Shown here piece after piece: positions 57,811 to 64,000 of a stretch of 64,000 bases of DNA; within the stretch, counting starts at the first letter, position 1, and the number at the start of each line of letters is the position of its first letter. The notes below the pieces were generated by a model that was given only the letters and a program-made list of their open reading frames with translations, did no database searches and was not told the origin of the DNA. The position numbers and the translations under genes are program-made. This DNA comes from Candidatus Latescibacterota bacterium. Its GTDB lineage: Bacteria; Latescibacterota; UBA2968; GCA-2709665. Location: assembly GCA_965248435.1 (NCBI GenBank), contig OZ252100.1:2880001-2944000 (forward strand), read 5' to 3'.

Positions 57811-58587
57811 ATGGCGATTAAAGGCGCAAAAAAGATCCTCGCGTTAAAGCGCCGAAAGGTCCGAGACAAGGAACGCCAGTTCCTGATCGAAGGTATCCGG
57901 CTCGCTGAAGAAGCCTTGAGGTCAGAGGCCGAGATCGACCAGATGCTCTTTTGTCGCGAGATGCTCGGCGATGATCGTTTGATGTCTCTCTTTCGTGAGG
58001 CCGAGGAACGAAAGATTCCTGTCCAGCAGACAGATCACAGGGCCATGAAAGGGATGAGTGAGCATCAGAGCCTCGAGGGCGTCATCGGAGTGCTGCCGAT
58101 GCCCTCGTGGGACCGGGGCTCCGCACTGGAGTCGAACCAGCCCACTCTCCTCCTGGATCGGATTCGAGATCCGGGTAATCTCGGCCTGATCCTCCGTACT
58201 GCCGAGGCCGCCGGGGTTGGGGCCCTTTTTTTATCTCGAGAATGTGTCGAGATCTTCAATTCCAAGGTCGTGCGAGCCTCTAAAGGCTCTATCTTCAGGA
58301 TGCCCGCCTTTGTAGACGAGGACCTGGTCTCGGTCACGAACGACCTTCGTTCTCGAAATGTGCCAGTCCTCTGCACGATGACAAGCGGTAAACCTTATTT
58401 TGCGGTATCCGAATCCAATCGGTTCGCACTTGTACTCGGGAATGAAACCTCTGGCGTAGATCCGTCGGTTGCAGACGTCGCAGACTTCTCGGTGACGATC
58501 CCCATCTCAGGGCCAGTCAATTCCCTGAACGTCGCCGTTGCGGCCGGCATCCTTCTATTCCATTTGACGCAAAGAGAATTAACGTAG
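57811..58587 (+). CDS. TrmH/SpoU family RNA methyltransferase
   Basis: IRDPGNLGLILRTA, VLGNETSGV, SLNVAVAAGI. Confidence 0.93.
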   Translation: MAIKGAKKILALKRRKVRDKERQFLIEGIRLAEEALRSEAEIDQMLFCREMLGDDRLMSLFREAEERKIPVQQTDHRAMKGMSEHQSLEGVIGVLPMPSWDRGSALESNQPTLLLDRIRDPGNLGLILRTAEAAGVGALFLSRECVEIFNSKVVRASKGSIFRMPAFVDEDLVSVTNDLRSRNVPVLCTMTSGKPYFAVSESNRFALVLGNETSGVDPSVADVADFSVTIPISGPVNSLNVAVAAGILLFHLTQRELT

Positions 58588-58648
58588 TCGCAGGCTTTCC
58601 ATACAGGGTTCTGTCGTGACCAGCTCGGACCCTCGCCGAATTCGCCAT

Positions 58649-59887
58649 ATGACGACAACAGACACCGAAATCTACGACCTCATCATCGTAGGCGGAGGCC
58701 CCGCCGGATCTACGGCCGCCCTCTACGCAAAACGCCACGGTCTCAAAACCCTCCTCCTGGACAAAGCAAAATTCCCTCGCGACAAGATTTGCGGCGACGC
58801 GCTTTCCGGAAAGGCAGTCACCGTACTCAGAGAGCTTTGTCTCCTGGAAAAGGTGCGTCACCTGCCAGGCGCATTCATCCGAAGGGTAATCTTTGGAAGC
58901 CCCGACGGAACGGACGTCGACGTGGACTTTTCTCGATCCACTCGCCAGGATTTCCTCACCGGATTTGTGATTCGGCGCCACGTTTTCGACACCTTTTTAT
59001 TCGAGGAGGCCCGGAGCGTCGTCGATACGTGTCTCGAAGGGTTCACTGTGGGCGATCTACTATTTGAAGGCGGACAAGTGTGCGGCGTTCGAGGCAGACA
59101 GTCAGGCAGCCATCGAGACTCGAAGCTCAGGGGCCGCATTGTCCTGGGCGCGGACGGTTTCAACTCCATCGTGGCCAGGAAATCGGGACTCTACAAACAC
59201 GAGCCCCGCCACTGGATCGTGGCACTTCGCTGCTACTATCAAAACGTAAGCGGACTGACCGACCAGATCGAATTGCACTACGTTGACGAAGTCAATCCTG
59301 GGTACTTCTGGATCTTTCCGTTGGAGAACGGCTGTGCCAACGTCGGAATCGGAATGATCCACGAATTCATCAAGAAGCAGAAGGTCGATCTGAAATCAGT
59401 CCTCCACAACACAATCAGAAGCCCACGCTTCAGGGATCGGTTTGCGGACGCCACCCTCCTGGAGCAACCTGTCGGTTGGAACCTTCCCGTGGGAAGTAAG
59501 CGTCGGAAGTCCTACGGAAGCGGATTCATGCTGCTCGGCGACGCCGCAGGGCTCATCGACCCGTTCACCGGCGAAGGCATCGGCAATGCCATGTATGCGG
59601 CTCGTTATGCAGTCGAATGCGCACACGAAGCCTGCTGTGAACGTAATTTCGGCGAACAATTTCTCTCGCGCTACGAGAGACGGCTGTGGAATGAGATCGG
59701 CGATGAGTTGAAAGTCAGCACGCGGATGCAGCAGCTCGGCCGCGTTCGTTTTCTGTTGAACTTCGTCATCCACAAGGCGAGGAAAAGCGAAGAAATACGG
59801 GACCTCATCTGCGGCATGATGGCCAACGAAGTCCCCAAGAAGCTATTGACCAACCCTCTCTTTTACCTCAAATTGCTTTTCGTTTGA
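58649..59887 (+). CDS. Geranylgeranyl reductase family FAD oxidoreductase
   Basis: IVGGGPAGS, FPRDKICGD, GYFWIFP, GDAAGLIDPFTGEGI. Confidence 0.9.
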   Translation: MTTTDTEIYDLIIVGGGPAGSTAALYAKRHGLKTLLLDKAKFPRDKICGDALSGKAVTVLRELCLLEKVRHLPGAFIRRVIFGSPDGTDVDVDFSRSTRQDFLTGFVIRRHVFDTFLFEEARSVVDTCLEGFTVGDLLFEGGQVCGVRGRQSGSHRDSKLRGRIVLGADGFNSIVARKSGLYKHEPRHWIVALRCYYQNVSGLTDQIELHYVDEVNPGYFWIFPLENGCANVGIGMIHEFIKKQKVDLKSVLHNTIRSPRFRDRFADATLLEQPVGWNLPVGSKRRKSYGSGFMLLGDAAGLIDPFTGEGIGNAMYAARYAVECAHEACCERNFGEQFLSRYERRLWNEIGDELKVSTRMQQLGRVRFLLNFVIHKARKSEEIRDLICGMMANEVPKKLLTNPLFYLKLLFV

Positions 59888-59939
59888 CGCTCGTAGAGGC
59901 ATGACACGTTTCCGAGACCTTGTCGGGGGAGGACTGGAA

Positions 59940-62900
59940 ATGAAACGCAAACCGAAACCCCACCGAACGGGAATTCTCCCTTTCAAAGGCATTTGGCTGG
60001 GGCTGGCGATTCTGGTAGGTCTACTCTTCTTTGTAGAATCTACCCATACCAGGGACGTGCCTCCTGCGGATCCTAAAAAAGAGCCTCCCGCTGATAAGAC
60101 AGAAGTTCCTCCTGGCAAAACTCGCCGCGTTTCTCCTTCTAAGACTCACGCTACTCCTACCAGTGCAACTGACAGTCGCCGCAATGCGCGATTCGAGAAA
60201 TTTACGGCTCAGTTTGGAGATAACTGGCGGGTAAAGTGGAACGACAAGACAGATACGCCCCACAGCTTAAGTGGAGGCAACATTCAGCTTGATAGAAGGC
60301 TTACCGAAGAGACTGTGGAAGAAATCACTCGACAATTTCTGTCCGATAATGCCTACTTGCTAGGAGCGGAAAGCTCAGCCCTCACCTTGACAAAGGCGGA
60401 CTATGATAAGCCGTTAAGGCCAGAGCACAAACAAGGTACATGGTATGTCTTTTACCGGCAGGACTATCGTGGTATTCCAGTCCACGGAAGCTCCGTCAAA
60501 CTCATCATCAAGAACCAGCGAATCGTCAGTGTAGGTTCCGATTTCTATCCGGACATCAGAATCCATTCGGCCCCAGAAATAACCCAGCAGCAGGCCCTTG
60601 AGATTGTCAATGGGCATCTGGGGAGATCCCTCGAGGCCAGAGAAACGACACTGATCGTATATCCTAATGAACGGCCGAAGGGGCTTGAGCATCACCTGGC
60701 CTGGAAGCTAGAAATGCCGACCATCGACGATCCCACCGTCGAAACCAAAATCGTCCAGGGGAGGCAGATCAGGATAGAAAAACCCATGAAAGCCTGGGTC
60801 TATTTCATTGACGCCCACACAGGAGAGATCCTCTTTCGATACGATACAATCACGTACGGTTCAGTTCAGGGAACGGTCACAGGGATGGTTTATGACACAA
60901 CACCGGATCAACCGCAGGTGCAGGTTCCCATCGCCCACCAATACGTGGATGTCCTGCAAGGCGGGATCGTTGTCGAGACAGACACTACGGATGCGAGCGG
61001 AACATATAGTTCGGCTGACACATACGTCGGACAAGTGGAGATCATGGCCCGCTTGAAAGGTCCACACGTTGAGGTGCACAACAACGAAACGCCCGATCCA
61101 GACGCGACTCATAATTCGGGACCTTTGACTCTAGATACGACGCACGATTGGAATTGGTCTGTCGATGATCCCTCCCCTCAGGATGTAGAGACGAACGTGT
61201 TTTACCACGTTAATTTCATCCATGATTGGTTTTTACAGGGCGATCCCTTTGATGTATCACCCTGGCCCTACCCGATGCAGGTGCACGTACGAATCGGTGA
61301 AGGCTGCAACGCCTGGGCCGCAAATGATGGGCTGACTTTCTATAGTGGTTCACCCGGCGGCTGTCTGGACTACGCCCTCGGCGCCGACATCATCTATCAC
61401 GAGTATGTTCACCGTGTGTTTGATAAACTGTATGTAATTGCGAATGTTTCTTACGGTTCAGGCTTTACGGGGGCGATGAATGAGGGGTTGGCAGACTACT
61501 TTGCCTGTAGTATTACGAATGACTCTTGGAATGGAGAGGTAATATATGAGGGAAGGGATATCGAGACGGGAGAAATCTGGAACCAACTGCCAGAGGGTAA
61601 TAATCGAAGGTATCCCCGCGACTGGATCGATGAGGTCCACGCGGATGGGCTCATCTTTAACGGCGCGATCTGGGATGCAAGGAAGGTTTTAGGGGCGGAC
61701 TACACGGACGACCTTGCCATGCGGGCATTAAAGCAGACACCCGAAACTTTCTCAGAATACTTGGGGGCGATGTTGATAGCCGATGACGATGATGCCGACC
61801 TCGCCAATGGCACGCCGAATATCACAACCCTGTGCCAGGCCTTCTATGACAATCACGGAATCTTCCACGCTGCGTGCACGGGATACACAGCCAATCTTGT
61901 TGCGGAAATTACCTCCCCCTCTCTAAGCGAATTCTACCTGATTGACGGCACAGTTGACGCGATTCTGGTCCTTGGTTCTGCCTACGGCTCCAACACGAGT
62001 TCTCTGGCGAACTTTAAGGTGGATTATGCCAGTGAAACAGATCCGGATAACTGGTCGGACGTCGGTATGGCTTTGACAGGCGGCGGCAGCGTGGAGGTTG
62101 TTGATGACCTGTTGGCGAATTGGAACCTTACCAGTGTTGTGGATGGGAAGTATACAATCAGGTTGACTGTCAAAGATGGGAGTGGTGCTGAAAGCATCTC
62201 TACGACCTCCGTAGTGATCCAGAGATCGCTGCACGCGGGTTGGCCTCAACCAACTACCTATTGGGTGCTGGGCTCTCCTGCATTGGGAGATCTGGATCTG
62301 GAATATCCTGGACTTGAGATCGTTGTTGGAGCTGGCGGTTTAGTTTGGGCGTTTCACCACGATGGTACTCCACAAGGAGGCATATGGTCATATGATACCA
62401 AACAAAATGTGTCTGCATCACCGGCAATAGGAGATGTAGATGGTGACGGAAGTCTTGAGGTTGTGATTTCTGCTTTTAAGGTGGATCAAGCCACTGATCT
62501 TTACATTCTAAATAGTGACGGAGCCCTTTACAGCCCGGCGTGGCCCCTATCGATTGCAGCTATGACTCCGCAGTTCACTGCTCGCCCATCATCGCCAGCG
62601 CTGGGGGATATCGACGAAGATGGCGATCTAGAGATTGTGATAGGCTCTGCCAACGACAGCGTGTATGTATTCCACCACGATGGCAGCCCTCTACAGAACT
62701 GGCCACAACCTACTTCCGGTGGTATCGAATCCACGCCGGCGATAGGAGATATAGATCCGGACTATCCTGGACTGGAGATCGTTGTTGGATCCAAAGATAG
62801 CAGCGTCTATGCCTGGCACGCCGACGGAACCAAGCTTTCTGAGGCCTGGCCAATTTCGACAGGCGGTGAAGTCCTTTCCTCTCCTGCATTGGGGAATCTG

Positions 62901-64000
62901 GACGATGATGCATACCTCGAAATCGTAGTAGGTTCCAACGACTCAACGGTATATGCCTGGAATCACGATGGGAGTGAACTTTTTAAGAAGATGGTAACAA
63001 TTGCGATTCTATCGTCCTCTCCGGCGCTTGGGGATATAGACAGTGATGGAAATTTGGAAATTCTGGCCATGTCAAGTGATAATAACCTCTATATATGGCA
63101 AGGAGATGGCACGCCCTATGAACCCTGGACGCCTCTCAGTGACATAAAGTGGGCTGGATTTGAGTTCAACCCCTCCTCACCCGCTATGGGTGATATCGAT
63201 GGCGATGGAGATATTGAGATAGTAGTCGAGTCTATCTGGGGCAAGATCCACGCATTCCATCACGATGGCACACCGGTTGGAAACGGGTGGCCCAAATACA
63301 TTTTCCCCTGGGCTAATGGCTCATCACCCACGATCTGCGACATCGATGAAGATGGGAAGGTCGAAATCATGGTGGGGTCACCACAAGAAGGTCTATTTGT
63401 CTGGGATCTTGAAGGAGTCTACAATCCGGACAAGATGGATTGGCCCATGTTCCACCACGATGTTCGGCGTAGCGGTTTATACGTTTCTCCTCCCGTATTC
63501 ATTTATGTCAATGCCTTGACAGGTGACGATTGGAACGACGGTTCGAGCCCCACTTTCGAAAGCGGAAATGTGGGGCCAAAGAAGACGATCCAGGCTGGCA
63601 TTGATGCAATACCCTCGGATGGGACCTGTGTCGTTGCAGCAGGCAAATATGCCGAGACCATCATTATGAAGGATGGCGTGACGCTTTCGGGTGCCGGCCC
63701 TGACGTAACCTTACTTCACGGGAATGGCACTGGAAACGTGATCACCATCGGTTCTGTCTACGTTCCTTCCACAAATGCCACAATTAAAGGTTTCAAGATC
63801 ACTGGCGGCGGAAGCTACGGTGACAATGCCGGCATTCGAATCCAAAACTCCACTAACTCCGTCATAAGCAACAATGTGATGACGAAGAATGGGGCTGATG
63901 CCATCCGCGTCTATTCCGGATCTCCAACGATTATCAACAACACGATCGTAACGAATCGACGTAACGGCGTTATGGTGCATTATGGGGCGACTCCGGTGAT
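59940..64000 (+). CDS. Large secreted M4/M36-type metalloprotease with FG-GAP-like repeats and beta-helix domain (3' end outside window)
   Basis: Read by hand from ATG 59940 (GGAGG SD); absent from the ORF track because no stop is reached. Contains YRQDYRGIPV, FIDAHTGE, HEYVH, GAMNEGLAD, repeated SPAxGDxDxDGxxEIV, and KTIQAGID. Confidence 0.85.
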   Translation, partial: MKRKPKPHRTGILPFKGIWLGLAILVGLLFFVESTHTRDVPPADPKKEPPADKTEVPPGKTRRVSPSKTHATPTSATDSRRNARFEKFTAQFGDNWRVKWNDKTDTPHSLSGGNIQLDRRLTEETVEEITRQFLSDNAYLLGAESSALTLTKADYDKPLRPEHKQGTWYVFYRQDYRGIPVHGSSVKLIIKNQRIVSVGSDFYPDIRIHSAPEITQQQALEIVNGHLGRSLEARETTLIVYPNERPKGLEHHLAWKLEMPTIDDPTVETKIVQGRQIRIEKPMKAWVYFIDAHTGEILFRYDTITYGSVQGTVTGMVYDTTPDQPQVQVPIAHQYVDVLQGGIVVETDTTDASGTYSSADTYVGQVEIMARLKGPHVEVHNNETPDPDATHNSGPLTLDTTHDWNWSVDDPSPQDVETNVFYHVNFIHDWFLQGDPFDVSPWPYPMQVHVRIGEGCNAWAANDGLTFYSGSPGGCLDYALGADIIYHEYVHRVFDKLYVIANVSYGSGFTGAMNEGLADYFACSITNDSWNGEVIYEGRDIETGEIWNQLPEGNNRRYPRDWIDEVHADGLIFNGAIWDARKVLGADYTDDLAMRALKQTPETFSEYLGAMLIADDDDADLANGTPNITTLCQAFYDNHGIFHAACTGYTANLVAEITSPSLSEFYLIDGTVDAILVLGSAYGSNTSSLANFKVDYASETDPDNWSDVGMALTGGGSVEVVDDLLANWNLTSVVDGKYTIRLTVKDGSGAESISTTSVVIQRSLHAGWPQPTTYWVLGSPALGDLDLEYPGLEIVVGAGGLVWAFHHDGTPQGGIWSYDTKQNVSASPAIGDVDGDGSLEVVISAFKVDQATDLYILNSDGALYSPAWPLSIAAMTPQFTARPSSPALGDIDEDGDLEIVIGSANDSVYVFHHDGSPLQNWPQPTSGGIESTPAIGDIDPDYPGLEIVVGSKDSSVYAWHADGTKLSEAWPISTGGEVLSSPALGNLDDDAYLEIVVGSNDSTVYAWNHDGSELFKKMVTIAILSSSPALGDIDSDGNLEILAMSSDNNLYIWQGDGTPYEPWTPLSDIKWAGFEFNPSSPAMGDIDGDGDIEIVVESIWGKIHAFHHDGTPVGNGWPKYIFPWANGSSPTICDIDEDGKVEIMVGSPQEGLFVWDLEGVYNPDKMDWPMFHHDVRRSGLYVSPPVFIYVNALTGDDWNDGSSPTFESGNVGPKKTIQAGIDAIPSDGTCVVAAGKYAETIIMKDGVTLSGAGPDVTLLHGNGTGNVITIGSVYVPSTNATIKGFKITGGGSYGDNAGIRIQNSTNSVISNNVMTKNGADAIRVYSGSPTIINNTIVTNRRNGVMVHYGATPV

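Noticed and set aside
62270-63380. Repeats in the terminal gene as a DNA repeat array
   Set aside because: They are degenerate protein-level FG-GAP-like repeats within one reading frame.

Overview
GC-rich bacterial chromosomal window. A PorV-like barrel, a DUF5683 protein and many sugar-catabolic enzymes suggest an FCB-related lineage such as Latescibacterota; this is inference only. Most of it is housekeeping or metabolic: rluA-family gene, kdgK-eda-ROK, tgt-yajC-fmt, tdh, aspA-like lyase, recJ, fabI, a complete ccmEFH-I-like-ABCD cluster, trmH-family and geranylgeranyl-reductase-family genes, and a large M4/M36-type protease that runs off the right edge. The strongest non-routine signals are: (1) a SAM-II riboswitch with an intrinsic terminator controlling threonine dehydrogenase; (2) a non-coding locus with three sigma-28-type promoters, a GGA-rich CsrB/RsmZ-like candidate sRNA and an aspartate-less receiver gene; (3) a triple-DUF5069 gene coupled to an Smr-nuclease/sirtuin fusion; (4) a PspA-DUF4178-DUF350-spermidine synthase system apparently split by an inversion; (5) an IS30 whose excision restores a response regulator frame, and an ISL3-type MITE inserted in a REP-like palindrome. 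No rRNA, tRNA or CRISPR array was seen. All family calls come from motif recognition by eye; no database search was run.
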